NCBI GenBank assembly: GCA_004297735.1
Contig: SCTI01000002.1
Location: 160 to 64,159, forward strand
Length of the DNA stretch: 64,000 nt
Reading direction: 5' to 3'
From: Patescibacteria group bacterium
Lineage (GTDB): Bacteria > Patescibacteriota > Saccharimonadia > UBA4664 > SCTI01
The notes below the pieces were generated by a model. That model had not been told where the DNA came from. It saw nothing but the letters and a program-made list of their open reading frames with translations, and did not search any database. Positions 9,260 to 19,517 of the stretch are shown one piece after another. How positions within the stretch are numbered: the stretch's first letter is position 1; each line of letters opens with the position of its first letter. Position numbers and translations under genes: made by a program.

Positions 9260-10497
9260 TACTTATCCACCTTTGCGTTGATGTTTCCTGCCGCCAATTG
9301 TACCACGAGCGAATCGCCAACGTTAACCTGCTGCGGCCCGGTAACCACCTGTTCACCCTTGCGTACAATGGCGTAACCGCGCTTTAGGGTGGCGGTCGGG
9401 TCATAGCTTCCTAGCAGGCGGCTGAGCGAGTTAAGGCGCTGCTGCTGCATGGCCAAAGTTTGACGCTGAGCGTTAAGTAGCCGCAACTCTAAGTTTTGCA
9501 GGCGGGCTTGCGGCAGCCGTACAAACCGCTCCAGTACATTAATTTGGCGAATAATGTGGTTCTGGTAACGATCGAGCCGGCCGCGAATGGTTTGTTCAAA
9601 CCGGCGTTGTCGGTGCCCAATGTCCTGTATCACCTCGGCTTTATCTGGAACCACAATTCGAGCCGCATCGGTAGGAGTAGCCGCTCGCACGTCGGCCGCA
9701 AAGTCAGCCAAACTAACGTCCACCTCATGGCCCACCCCAACCAAAGTTGGCACTCGACTACCAGCAATGGCGCGAGCCACCTCCTCGGTATTAAATGCCT
9801 GCAAATCCTCCAAACTACCGCCACCCCGGATCACCACCAGCACGTCGGGAACGCTGGCCTGTTGATTAAAGTACTCAATGGCACGCACAATTTGAGCTGG
9901 GGCCGGCTGTCCCTGCACCTGAACGTCGGCCAGCTGGATCTCCATTCCGCCCCAGCGTTGGCCTAAAATTTTAATAAAATCGGCGTAGGCCGCCGACTGG
10001 CCGGAGGTAACCAAGCCGAGTCGCTCTGGGAACCGCGGCAGCGCCCGTTTACGACTGGCCTCAAACAAACCCTCTTGCTGCAACTTGGCTTTGAGCAGCT
10101 CAAAGGCCCGCTTAAGCGCGCCCTCACCGGCCAGGCTCACCGACTTGACCGTCAGGCTGAACTTACCCCACTTGGTTACCTTTGGCACTCCGGTCACTCG
10201 AATCTTCATGCCATCTTCGATTGGAACTTTTAGCTGGTAGATTGGGATAAAGCACGGCAAAGTGGCGTCCTCATCCTTTAAATCAAAGAACACCCACTTG
10301 CCCTGATTAACCTTGTAGCTGGACACCTCTCCCTCGATCGTAACCGCCGGGAAGGCAAAGTTTAAGGTTTCGTTAAGGATATCTAAAAAGGCCTTAACGC
10401 CAATAATTTGATCTGAGGGTGGCTCCAGTAACTGCATACCTTTTAGTATATCAGGTACAATAGCTCTATGAATCACATTGTCATACTCGGACGCCAA
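9259..10497 (-). CDS. xseA: Exodeoxyribonuclease VII large subunit
   Basis: 412 aa; OB-fold N-terminus and catalytic core (IRGGGSLEDL..EVDVSLADFAADVRAATPT); 5' end overlaps divergent gene, true start may be internal MQLLEPP. Confidence 0.85.
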   Translation of the reverse strand: MASEYDNVIHRAIVPDILKGMQLLEPPSDQIIGVKAFLDILNETLNFAFPAVTIEGEVSSYKVNQGKWVFFDLKDEDATLPCFIPIYQLKVPIEDGMKIRVTGVPKVTKWGKFSLTVKSVSLAGEGALKRAFELLKAKLQQEGLFEASRKRALPRFPERLGLVTSGQSAAYADFIKILGQRWGGMEIQLADVQVQGQPAPAQIVRAIEYFNQQASVPDVLVVIRGGGSLEDLQAFNTEEVARAIAGSRVPTLVGVGHEVDVSLADFAADVRAATPTDAARIVVPDKAEVIQDIGHRQRRFEQTIRGRLDRYQNHIIRQINVLERFVRLPQARLQNLELRLLNAQRQTLAMQQQRLNSLSRLLGSYDPTATLKRGYAIVRKGEQVVTGPQQVNVGDSLVVQLAAGNINAKVDK

Positions 10498-11601
10498 CCA
10501 GAATTTGGCTTGGTAGAGCTTGAATCACGCCTATCGCCAAAACAGATCCAGCCCTGGGGCAGGTCTGCCGCCCTGCTTGAGCGGTCGATTAATCTAAGTG
10601 AGTTTGGGGGTGTTATTAAGGTCGGTCGAATCATCTACCAGGGCCCTGCTCGTGACATTAACGAGGCACCTCTCCCCCTTGACGAGCTGGTGGCCGAATC
10701 CGGCAAAACCACCTTTGGGCTAAGTTACTACGGGCTGAATGCCACCACCGCTTTTGTCCGCAAAACCGGGGTTGCTCTTAAAAAACGCTTAAAGGCCGGC
10801 GGATCGGTTAGGTTTGTGGCGCCACAAACCGGCATCCACCTATCGGCCGCTCAGGTAAAATTTAATGGCTTGTTAAAAAATGGCCATGAGTTACTAATAG
10901 TGATTAATAAGCAGCAGATGGTGGTGGCAATTACCGAACAGGTTCAAGATATCGATAGTTACGCCGCGCGCGACCACCAGCGTCCGACTCGCAGCGCCAA
11001 GGTGGGCATGCTACCACCAAAGCTGGCCCAGATTATGGTTAACACCACTCACGGCAATGAGGTTTTTGATCCCTTTTGCGGCACCGGTGTGATTCTACAG
11101 GAGGCGGCCCTGCTTGGACGTCGGGTGGGTGGCTCCGATCTGTCTGCAGATATGGTTTCGGCCACCCGCGAAAATATGAAATGGCTGAATGATATTGCCG
11201 CCTCCGCTATAGCAGCCGACGAGGCGCTTGAAGCCGACGCTAGAGCGGTTAGACTGCCCTCTGCGAAGGCATCAATTGTTTCCGAAGGCTACCTTGGTCC
11301 CAACATGAGCAGTAAGCCCACCTTAAAGCAGTTAGGGCCGATTCGGGATGAAATGCTGGCGCTTTACCGCGATAGTTTACGCAACTGGGCGGAGCAGCTT
11401 GAGTCGGGTTCCGAGATTGCAATTACCGTACCAGCTTGGCAAACCGCCGATGGCGGCCAGCAGCTACTGGGAATTGTTGACCTGCTACCTGATTTAGGGT
11501 ATACTTTGAGGCAGTTTGCGCATGTCCGTAGTGACGCGCTAATATATCGGCGACCAAACCAGATAGTTGGTCGTCAATTATTAATCTTAAGGAAGAGTTA
11601 A
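10468..11601 (+). CDS. Putative RNA methyltransferase (class I SAM MTase, DPFCGTG N2-guanine/N6-adenine type)
   Basis: 377 aa; DPFCGTGVILQEAALLG motif as in RsmD/RlmL/Trm11-type enzymes; substrate unknown. Confidence 0.5.
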   Translation: MNHIVILGRQPEFGLVELESRLSPKQIQPWGRSAALLERSINLSEFGGVIKVGRIIYQGPARDINEAPLPLDELVAESGKTTFGLSYYGLNATTAFVRKTGVALKKRLKAGGSVRFVAPQTGIHLSAAQVKFNGLLKNGHELLIVINKQQMVVAITEQVQDIDSYAARDHQRPTRSAKVGMLPPKLAQIMVNTTHGNEVFDPFCGTGVILQEAALLGRRVGGSDLSADMVSATRENMKWLNDIAASAIAADEALEADARAVRLPSAKASIVSEGYLGPNMSSKPTLKQLGPIRDEMLALYRDSLRNWAEQLESGSEIAITVPAWQTADGGQQLLGIVDLLPDLGYTLRQFAHVRSDALIYRRPNQIVGRQLLILRKS

Positions 11602-11894
11602 TGTCAAAGACAAAAGCTGGCGGTACAGCTAAAAACGTACATGATTCACCAGGACAACGGCTTGGTGTTAAGTTGTTTGGTGGTCAGTTAGCTATTCCTG
11701 GTAACATTATTGTCCGACAGCGCGGCAGCCGTATGGAAGCCGGAGATGGCACCCGCATGGGTAAAGACCATACCATTTTTGCCACCCGAGCCGGGCGGGT
11801 TAAGTTTACCCTTAAGCAGATTACTAAGTTTACTGGCTCAAAGGTTCGTCGTCAGATCGTAAGTATCGAAGACGAGCAGCCAACCAAGAAATAA
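11601..11894 (+). CDS. rpmA: 50S ribosomal protein L27
   Basis: MSKTKAGGTAKNVHDSPGQRLGVKLFGG... classic L27 N-terminus. Confidence 0.9.
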   Translation: MSKTKAGGTAKNVHDSPGQRLGVKLFGGQLAIPGNIIVRQRGSRMEAGDGTRMGKDHTIFATRAGRVKFTLKQITKFTGSKVRRQIVSIEDEQPTKK

Positions 11895-11914
11895 CTTTTA
11901 TATTTAGGTGAATT

Positions 11915-11946
11915 TAAAAAACCGCCATCTTAGGCGGTTTTTTTGT
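11915..11946. terminator. Bidirectional intrinsic terminator (AAAAAACCGCC-atctta-GGCGGTTTTTTT)
   Basis: GC stem flanked by A- and T-tracts between convergent rpmA and ctpA. Confidence 0.75.
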
Positions 11947-11966
11947 TGCTGTCTTGATCTTAAAAT

Positions 11967-13142
11967 TTACTTCGACAGCTCCTGAATCGCCCGTTCCAGC
12001 TGTGGATCACGGCCGGCGTTCAAGTCAGCCTGCTCCAGCTTAACCTCGATATCAGGCTTAATTCCAACCTTATCAATCCCTTGCCCGCTAGGGGTAAACC
12101 AGTGCGCTACCGTCACCTTAAGCTCAGCGCCATCACCCAGCTTAATTACTTCCTGCACGCTACCCTTACCAAAGCTCTTTTCGCCCAACAGTTGGCCGGC
12201 TTTGTTGTCGCGTAAAGCACCAGCCACAATCTCGCTCGCCGAGGCGCTACCCTCATTAATCAACACCACTAGCGGCAATCCAACCAGCTGGCCGCCACCG
12301 GTAGTCTGGAGTCGCTCAACCGTCCTACCCTGACGCCGCTCCTCTACCACCGTCTTGCCATCAGGCAAGAACTGGCTCGAAACATCAACCGCACCATCCA
12401 AGTACCCACCAGGATTGTTGCGCAGGTCCAAAATCACCTTGGTCGCACCCTGAGCCTTAAGATCAGCGGCGGCCTGCTGGAGCTTAGCTACAGTATCGCT
12501 GCCAAACTGCGTTAGCTGAATATAGCCAATGCCATTCTCTTTCATACTCGACTTAACGCTTGGCACCGTGATCACGTCGCGCACAATCTTAATCTCAATT
12601 GGCTCGCTGCTGCCCCTGATTATCTTAAGCGTTACCTCGCTGCCTTTTGGCCCGCGAATCTTACTTACAGCCTCGTCCAGCGTCATGGTTGAGCTGTCTT
12701 GGCCGTTGATGCTAATAATTACGTCTCCAGCACGCACTCCGGCCTTAGCGGCCGGGCTATCAACAATTGGCGAAACCACGGTCAGCTTGTTGTTGCGAAT
12801 CGCCACCTCGGCGCCTACGCCCGATAAAGTACCATTTAACTGGTCTTCAAGATCCTTGGCTTCCTTTGGCTTAAGGTAAACCGTATAAGGATCTCCCAAT
12901 CCGGCTACCAGCCCGGCCTTCGCACCTTCCAGCGTATCGTTTGGCTTAACCTCACCATCAAACTTTTTAACCAGGGTGTCGTATATCGATGATAGTTCGT
13001 TAAAATCAGGGCGCTCATTTGCGGCCGGACCGCCAAACGTCACCACCGTTGGGGCCAGCTGACCACCAACAAACCCAATCGCTAGCAACACCACCGCTAT
13101 CAGGGTGTTGCGCACACTAAATCGAGAGGGTTCTGGATTCAA
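11967..13142 (-). CDS. ctpA: Carboxyl-terminal processing protease (S41) with PDZ domain
   Basis: 391 aa; N-terminal TM, PDZ segment, S41 core with GSASASEIVAGAL serine motif. Confidence 0.8.
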   Translation of the reverse strand: MNPEPSRFSVRNTLIAVVLLAIGFVGGQLAPTVVTFGGPAANERPDFNELSSIYDTLVKKFDGEVKPNDTLEGAKAGLVAGLGDPYTVYLKPKEAKDLEDQLNGTLSGVGAEVAIRNNKLTVVSPIVDSPAAKAGVRAGDVIISINGQDSSTMTLDEAVSKIRGPKGSEVTLKIIRGSSEPIEIKIVRDVITVPSVKSSMKENGIGYIQLTQFGSDTVAKLQQAAADLKAQGATKVILDLRNNPGGYLDGAVDVSSQFLPDGKTVVEERRQGRTVERLQTTGGGQLVGLPLVVLINEGSASASEIVAGALRDNKAGQLLGEKSFGKGSVQEVIKLGDGAELKVTVAHWFTPSGQGIDKVGIKPDIEVKLEQADLNAGRDPQLERAIQELSK

Positions 13143-13164
13143 AAACTTACCTTTTATTAACTAA

Positions 13165-14295
13165 TTAGAAGTGGATAAAGTACAAATTATCTGATGGGAT
13201 AGTCATTACACTGTATTCGCCAGCGTTATTGAAATTATACTGACTTACAGTAATCATACGTCCTGAAACTGATTCAACATACATAGCATGGCCATATGGC
13301 CCGGCAGTTGTAATGGCAACATCTCCTGGTCGAGGGCTTCCATCAACAGGTATGCCTTCGGCTTGGGCGTTTCCAGGCCACTGCTTGGCGTTCCCCCTAC
13401 CTCCCCAGTATGGCATACGACGTCCGGAATTGGCTACTCGGAAGGCGGTGTAGCTAACACATTCTCGGTTATACATACCCCATCTATCTATAAGTGTGTC
13501 TTTCGGGGCATTACACCATGTGGATGGATAGCCTCCCCCGCAAGGGGTGCCTCCGGAAGGTATGCCTCCAAAACGTGATGCCAAAATAGCCGCTTGCTGC
13601 TTTTTAAGCTCCTCGGCCTTGGCTGAGCTGGCCTTAGCCTGCTCGGCGTACTTCGCCTCATCACCCCTGGTCGAAGCCAAAAGATTTGACTGCTCATTTT
13701 GCTGAATTGCCAACGCCTGAGATAAATTAGTCTGGTTTCTAATTGCCAAATCTAAATCAGCCTGCTGCTTTTCTAGCTCTTCCTTTTGTCGCTGAACCTC
13801 TTTAGCGGCTTCCTGAACGTGATCCTTTAAGGTGTCTAAGTACTGCTGGCGGTCAACATACTCGCTAAAGCTTCGGCTCGAAGCCAACATTTCGAGTGGC
13901 GAAACCTTAGACTCCTGGTAGATAACGCGGACGTTCTCGTCTAGCACCTGCTTTTTTAATGCCAGTTTATCTTTGGCATCATTAATATCTTGAGTTAGCT
14001 TCTGAGCCTTGGCCTTGTTAGCGGCAATTTGCGAGCGAATCGCCTGCGACTGCGCCGCAATCTCGGCCAGCTTGTTGGCCAGCGTGTCGCCCTGAGTTCT
14101 TAAGGTAGCCGCCTGCTGTTGGTTGCGAGCCGCATCGGCGTTAGCGGCCGCGATTTGCTCCTCTAGCGTGGCGGCGTGGGCCGCTACCGGCGCCAACACC
14201 AAACCCAACGCTAGAACCAGCGCTGTTATGGTTTTAAAACTGAAATTTTTGTTTTTTGGTGAAACCATACTAATTAGGTGTTCGCCCCTTAACAC
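13165..14295 (-). CDS. PcsB-like secreted peptidoglycan hydrolase: coiled-coil plus C-terminal CHAP domain
   Basis: 376 aa; signal peptide, long Q/A/K-rich coiled coil, CHAP domain with Cys (YNRECVSYTAFR) and His (GHAMYVESV); immediately downstream of ftsX-ftsE. Confidence 0.75.
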   Translation of the reverse strand: MLRGEHLISMVSPKNKNFSFKTITALVLALGLVLAPVAAHAATLEEQIAAANADAARNQQQAATLRTQGDTLANKLAEIAAQSQAIRSQIAANKAKAQKLTQDINDAKDKLALKKQVLDENVRVIYQESKVSPLEMLASSRSFSEYVDRQQYLDTLKDHVQEAAKEVQRQKEELEKQQADLDLAIRNQTNLSQALAIQQNEQSNLLASTRGDEAKYAEQAKASSAKAEELKKQQAAILASRFGGIPSGGTPCGGGYPSTWCNAPKDTLIDRWGMYNRECVSYTAFRVANSGRRMPYWGGRGNAKQWPGNAQAEGIPVDGSPRPGDVAITTAGPYGHAMYVESVSGRMITVSQYNFNNAGEYSVMTIPSDNLYFIHF

Positions 14296-14417
14296 TGTTT
14301 ACTATACCCCTTTAGGTTTAATAATTCAATAGCGGTTATGATTCAGGCGCCTTAGCGCTTACGCCAAGAGCACGAGAGGTATTATGGCTGAGTTTTAATC
14401 TGGAATCAACCGGCTAA

Positions 14418-15341
14418 TTATAGCTTGAGATAGCGTTTTAGGGCGACCATACTCGAAGCGGTGCCAATTAAAATTCCTAAAGCCAAAAGCGCAAACACCA
14501 CCAGCACCACATTATCTTGGAGCAGCTTAACTACGATTCCGGTGTCGACGTAGTTACCAAGCCGCGGCGCCCCCTTTAAGATCACGGTGTAGGTAAACGC
14601 AATCGCGATAAAGGCCGCAATAATGCCATACAGGGCGGCCTCAAAAATGAACGGCCCACGAATATACCAGTTGGTAGCGCCCACCAGCTTCATGATCTCA
14701 ATCTCCTCCCGGCGGGTAAAGATGGCCATGCGGATGGTGTTAAAGATGATCAAGGTTGAGATGATCACGAACACGACCGAGGCAGCCAGCCCGGTAGCCT
14801 TAAAGAAGTTTGAGGTTTGAATGATCCGGTCGATGGTGGCCTTGCGATCGCCACTGTAGCTAATCGGCTCCCGATCAGCCAGTAGCGGCTTGAACTCCGA
14901 CTGGTTCACCACCGCCGTAATTGGGTCGAGCTTGTTTGGGTCCTTGGCTTTAATTTGGAGCGAAGCCGGCAACGGGTTATCGGTCTCGGTTACCGCCTCG
15001 AGCAGCTTGGGGTTATCCTTGTTTTGCTCACGATACTGCTTGAGCGCCTCGGCCTTGGTCACCAAAACCACTCCCTGAACGTTATCGGTCTGCTCTAACT
15101 TAACCTTGAGTGCCTTAATTTGATCGGGGGTGGCGGAGTCCTTAAGGTACACCGACACATCAATCTTACCAACCACCTCTTTAATGGTTGAGTTGAGGGC
15201 GACGGTGGCCACGTAAGAGACGGCTACCAGAGTAAGCGTAATGGTCATGACGGCTGTAGCGGCGGTGCTTAGCCAAGCGTTGCGGGCAAAGTTGTGCAGC
15301 CCGGTCTTGGTGATCCGGGCGGCTGTTAGCGGATTGATCAT
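14418..15341 (-). CDS. ftsX: Cell division permease-like protein FtsX
   Basis: 307 aa, 4-TM FtsX topology with large extracellular loop; overlaps ftsE by 4 nt. Confidence 0.85.
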   Translation of the reverse strand: MINPLTAARITKTGLHNFARNAWLSTAATAVMTITLTLVAVSYVATVALNSTIKEVVGKIDVSVYLKDSATPDQIKALKVKLEQTDNVQGVVLVTKAEALKQYREQNKDNPKLLEAVTETDNPLPASLQIKAKDPNKLDPITAVVNQSEFKPLLADREPISYSGDRKATIDRIIQTSNFFKATGLAASVVFVIISTLIIFNTIRMAIFTRREEIEIMKLVGATNWYIRGPFIFEAALYGIIAAFIAIAFTYTVILKGAPRLGNYVDTGIVVKLLQDNVVLVVFALLALGILIGTASSMVALKRYLKL

Positions 15342-16018
15342 AGAGCGTACTTCCCCTGCTCTTCGTCCTTGATGATCCGGCCGCGCTGAATGGTAATAAC
15401 CCGCCGCTTGAGCGAGTTTACGATCTCTTTGTTGTGAGTGGTTAACAGGACGGTGGTGCCAAACCGGTTAATCTTTAGCAATAATTCAATGATTTCCCAA
15501 GCATTCTTGGGGTCCAGGTTGCCGGTAGGCTCATCGGCCACCAGGATCTTGGGTTGGCGAACAAGGGCGCGCGCAATCGCGACACGCTGGCGCTCACCAC
15601 CGGATAGTTCGCGCGGAAAGTTCTTTTCTTTACCGCTGAGGCCGACCAGCTGAAGCACGCGGGGCACGCTGCGCTTAATCTCACGGTTGGGAGCGCCGGC
15701 CACCTCAAGCGCAAAGGCCACGTTTTCGTGCACGTTACGGCTTGGTAGTAGCTTAAAGTCCTGGAACACCACGCCAATTCGGCGGCGCAGGTGCGGCACG
15801 TTCTTATACACAATGGTGTCATAATCCAGCCCGCCCACAATAATCTTGCCGGAACTTTGAACCTCTTCGCGGGTAAGCAGTTTAATCAGCGTCGATTTGC
15901 CAGCACCGGACGCACCCACGATAGTCACAAACTCCTTGGGTTGGATGTGCAGATTCAGCCCGCTTAGGGCAATCTGCTTGTTCGGGTACATTTTGGTAAC
16001 GCGATCAAACAGTATCAC
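15338..16018 (-). CDS. ftsE: Cell division ATP-binding protein FtsE
   Basis: 226 aa ABC ATPase: Walker A GASGAGKST, signature LSGGERQRVAIARAL, Walker B ILVADEPTGNLD. Confidence 0.9.
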   Translation of the reverse strand: MILFDRVTKMYPNKQIALSGLNLHIQPKEFVTIVGASGAGKSTLIKLLTREEVQSSGKIIVGGLDYDTIVYKNVPHLRRRIGVVFQDFKLLPSRNVHENVAFALEVAGAPNREIKRSVPRVLQLVGLSGKEKNFPRELSGGERQRVAIARALVRQPKILVADEPTGNLDPKNAWEIIELLLKINRFGTTVLLTTHNKEIVNSLKRRVITIQRGRIIKDEEQGKYAL

Positions 16019-16068
16019 GTGGCTATTTTAGCACTAATGAGCCTATAGCCAAAGTGTTTATGGTTCTT

Positions 16069-17178
16069 TTATTGACCAACCCGACTCGACAGATACGCCT
16101 CAATAAATGGATCTAGATCGCCATCTAGCACCGCCCCCGCCTGACTGGTTTCATGCTTGGTACGCTCATCCTTTACCTTGGTATAGGGGTGCAGCACATA
16201 ATTGCGAATTTGGTTGCCCCAGGCTGCCTCCTGGTTCTCGCCGCGTAACTCACCCAGCTCAGTCTTTTGCTGCTGCAACATTAGCGCAGTTAACCGAGCT
16301 TTAAGAATTGCCAAGGCTTTTTCTTTGTTCTGCAGCTGACTGCGCTCGTTTTGAATCGCGACTACGGTACCGGTCGGAATATGGGTAATCCGAACCGCCG
16401 AATCGGTGGTGTTAACGCTCTGGCCACCGTGACCACCGCTCCGATACACATCCACTCGCAAGTCTTGCTCATCCAGCTCAAACTCTTCGGGGCGATCCAG
16501 CTGTGGCAACACCTCAACCCGAGCAAAGCTGGTTTGGCGCTTAGCATCAGCATTAAATGGACTTTGACGGACCAGACGATGCACTCCGCTCTCCCCCTTT
16601 AGCTTGCCGTAAGCGTACTGGCCATTAACCTCAACCGTCACGCTCTTAATGCCAGCCTCCTCGCCGTCGGACCGCTCAACCACCTCGGCCTTCCAGCCGG
16701 CCTTTTCAAAATACCGTAAATACATCCGCAGCAGCATCTCGGCCCAGTCCTGGGCATCGGTGCCACCAGCACCGGCAAAGATAGAAATAATAGCGTTGTT
16801 GCGATCGTAAGTACCCGACAGTTTCAGCTCAAACTCTTTGGCGGCAAAAGCCTGCTGCAAGCGCTCCAGGTTGGCCTGCAGATCGCCGGCCATCGACTCG
16901 TCGCCCAGCTCGGCCAGCTCCTTAGCTACCATTACGTCCTTATGTAAACCAACCCACTCCTCTAAATGACTCCTTAGCCCTGCCGCCTGCTGGCTAATCG
17001 CCGCCGCGGCTTGCGAGTCATCCCAGAATCCTGGCGCCTGCATCTGAGCATCAAGCTCCTCCAAGCGTCCCTGCTCGGCCTCGAGCCCCAAGCGCCGCAT
17101 GGCCTCCTCGACCAGCAGCTGTAGCTCAACAAACTGTTTAACAATTGATTGCATGATGAATATTATACCTGAAACCAC
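16069..17178 (-). CDS. prfB: Peptide chain release factor 2 (single ORF, no +1 frameshift)
   Basis: SPF tripeptide (VRQSPFNA) and GGQ ([10 protein letters not shown]); continuous frame. Confidence 0.85.
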   Translation of the reverse strand: MVSGIIFIMQSIVKQFVELQLLVEEAMRRLGLEAEQGRLEELDAQMQAPGFWDDSQAAAAISQQAAGLRSHLEEWVGLHKDVMVAKELAELGDESMAGDLQANLERLQQAFAAKEFELKLSGTYDRNNAIISIFAGAGGTDAQDWAEMLLRMYLRYFEKAGWKAEVVERSDGEEAGIKSVTVEVNGQYAYGKLKGESGVHRLVRQSPFNADAKRQTSFARVEVLPQLDRPEEFELDEQDLRVDVYRSGGHGGQSVNTTDSAVRITHIPTGTVVAIQNERSQLQNKEKALAILKARLTALMLQQQKTELGELRGENQEAAWGNQIRNYVLHPYTKVKDERTKHETSQAGAVLDGDLDPFIEAYLSSRVGQ

Positions 17179-17307
17179 AAAAAGCCCCGTACCTGATACC
17201 TTTACCGGTATCCGATGGGGCGATTTGTGGGCTTATCGCGTGCGACAAGCGCCAACTAGAGTAACGGGCCCGAAGGCCCGCTGCCTCTAATTAACGATGC
17301 GTTAACC

Positions 17308-18006
17308 TTATCGGTTGAGTAGCTTTTTAGCCAAGGCACGCTTACTGCGGCGGTAAGCCATCACAGCGTAACCAAGAGCACCACTACCAGCCATGGCCAT
17401 CAGGCCAGCCTCAGGACCGGTCTCCGGAAGAGTGGTCGGCTGAGCGGCGGCTGGGGTAGCCGGAGTCTTTGGCTGCTCGGTAGTAGTAGTTGGGCAGTCA
17501 ACCTGGGCCTTAAACTGGACGAAACGAATCTGTTGGGTCGAAACACCAACGCTAGAAACGGTAACGCCACCGTTTAAGATGCCGTCGGGCAGGCTATTCA
17601 AAACCACGTTGTTCGGGTCAAGCAGCTGGGTGCTACCTGGAACATAGCTCAAACGAGCGGCACTTGAAAGGTTTACACCCGCAGTGTCGGTAATCTGAGT
17701 TGGGTTGGCGTCAGCAGCGGTTACGGTAACCATTGAGCTGTGACTGGTTCCAACAGTGGTAGGCAAAGTAGCCTTAACGTTAACATTGTTGATTGGGTCT
17801 GGACCCGGGTTGTGAATACGTACCTTAAAGGTAACAACCTCACATGGTTTGGCGGTTACAGGATCACCAAAAGTGGTGTTCTGAGTATCGTTCTTTACGC
17901 GATAGATGTTACCGCCCTCGATCTGACCGGCGGCCATTACGGGGGTAGCAACTAAGCTGACGACTGCAACAGCAGCTACAGCGGAAGTCTTAAGATTGAA
18001 GTTCAT
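17308..18006 (-). CDS. Secreted cell-wall-anchored protein with C-terminal LPETG sorting signal
   Basis: Signal peptide MNFNLKTSAVAAVAVVSLVATPVMAAG; C-terminus TTLPETG + hydrophobic segment + RRSKR. Confidence 0.75.
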   Translation of the reverse strand: MNFNLKTSAVAAVAVVSLVATPVMAAGQIEGGNIYRVKNDTQNTTFGDPVTAKPCEVVTFKVRIHNPGPDPINNVNVKATLPTTVGTSHSSMVTVTAADANPTQITDTAGVNLSSAARLSYVPGSTQLLDPNNVVLNSLPDGILNGGVTVSSVGVSTQQIRFVQFKAQVDCPTTTTEQPKTPATPAAAQPTTLPETGPEAGLMAMAGSGALGYAVMAYRRSKRALAKKLLNR

Positions 18007-18194
18007 AGTCTTCTCCTTTCTGATGCTTTCGCACACAGAAAATTAGTTATCTTACGAAGTGATTCGTTAACGCATGTTATTTAGTTGTAAACGTACCACC
18101 TCTGTAAGAGAGACGGTAGACAGGCTAGATAGTCACAGATTATCAAGTTGGGTTGGGGCGGGGCTCGAAAGCCCCACCCCATTGATACCCAGAA

Positions 18195-19517
18195 CTAGTG
18201 CATCGCCGCGGTCACCGTGGTGGTGGTCCCCGGTGTGTCCGAGTCGGTGATGACGACCGCGGAGTCGAACGACCCGGGTGTCCCGGGCGTCTCGGCCTTG
18301 ACGTCGGTGTTACCCGTCGTCGTGACCGTGCCGCCGGTGCCGGTCGCGGTAGCCGTGATCGTCACCATGCCCGCGACCGAAGTCGCCCACATGGTCACCC
18401 GGTAGCACTTGGTGCCGGTCGGGCACGGTGTGCCATCCCAGCGGTACGGAACCGAGATCTTGCCGGCAAACCAGGCCGACGCGTTGCCGCTGGTGATGAC
18501 CGCGTCACCGCTGGCGCCTTCACCCGAAGCCTCGTAGTAAACCTGGCAGTTGCCAGTCACGAAGATGTGGGCGCAGGTCGTCAGCTGGATCGACGGCGGT
18601 GGAATCACCGGCGGAGGCGGCGTGACCGGGGGCGGCGGCGGAGGCGGAACCTCCTTCTTGCAGATATCCCCGTTCACCGTCACGTAGTTGCCGTTGCCGA
18701 CCACCACGATGCTGCACTCCGCAACGATCACGAAGCACTGCTGGATCTGCGAGTTCCACACGTGGTTCTGCTCGGCCTTGCACTGCTGCTCAGCCGAAAC
18801 CACCTGGCCGGGGGTTGCGGTTGGCGGGACCTCAGCCGTCGGCGGGATCTTGCGAACCAGCCGCCTCTTGACCGACTTGACCTTCTTGACGAAGGCCCGG
18901 ACATACGTCTTGCACTTCTGCCACTTCTTGCCGGCCACCACGTTACGGCAGTAGGCCTTCATGAAGGGGCGATACGAGACGCACTCCTTGTACTTCTGGT
19001 GGTAGGTGGTGCTCGTCTCGATCGTCTCGTCGACGTACACCTCCGTCTCACCGGTCGCGTCGTTGTGCACGAACTGCTCCGGCGAGATCGAGATGACCTT
19101 GCTGGTGGGCTTCCCCACCGGCTTCGGCTTCCCGACCCGCTTCTTGCTCGTCGACCGAACGGCCAGCACACCCATGTGGGAATGCCGGTAGTTGCCGTCG
19201 AATGTCGAGTAGACGCCCCCGCTGCACGAGGTGTTGAACGACAGCGTGTAGCCGCCCGGGGTGGTCGTGAAGACCACCTTCGGCGACTGCAGGAACGCCA
19301 TGACCGACTGGTCCTGGTGCATGTAGCCCTGCTCGATGAGCTTGCGCTTCATCGAAGGCAGGAACTTCTTGCCCGCCGGCGTCTTGTAATACGCGACGGC
19401 GCCGGCCTTCGAGGTGAAGCCCGGACCGCAGTACGCCTGGGCCGGCGCGGCGGCGCCGAACGACATCAGGATCGCCGCCACCACGGCGGCGATCGACAGC
19501 ATGACCTTGCGGAACAT
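18195..19517 (-). CDS. Hypothetical secreted Cys-rich protein with poly-Pro linker and Thr/Gly-rich C-terminus; high-G+C xenolog
   Basis: Start chosen at MFRKVMLSIAAVVAAILMSFGAAAPAQA (signal peptide) preceded by GGAGGT; ORF track extends to 19781 in frame; PPPPPPPVTPPPPVIPPPS linker; G/C-rich third positions. Confidence 0.55.
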   Translation of the reverse strand: MFRKVMLSIAAVVAAILMSFGAAAPAQAYCGPGFTSKAGAVAYYKTPAGKKFLPSMKRKLIEQGYMHQDQSVMAFLQSPKVVFTTTPGGYTLSFNTSCSGGVYSTFDGNYRHSHMGVLAVRSTSKKRVGKPKPVGKPTSKVISISPEQFVHNDATGETEVYVDETIETSTTYHQKYKECVSYRPFMKAYCRNVVAGKKWQKCKTYVRAFVKKVKSVKRRLVRKIPPTAEVPPTATPGQVVSAEQQCKAEQNHVWNSQIQQCFVIVAECSIVVVGNGNYVTVNGDICKKEVPPPPPPPVTPPPPVIPPPSIQLTTCAHIFVTGNCQVYYEASGEGASGDAVITSGNASAWFAGKISVPYRWDGTPCPTGTKCYRVTMWATSVAGMVTITATATGTGGTVTTTGNTDVKAETPGTPGSFDSAVVITDSDTPGTTTTVTAAMH

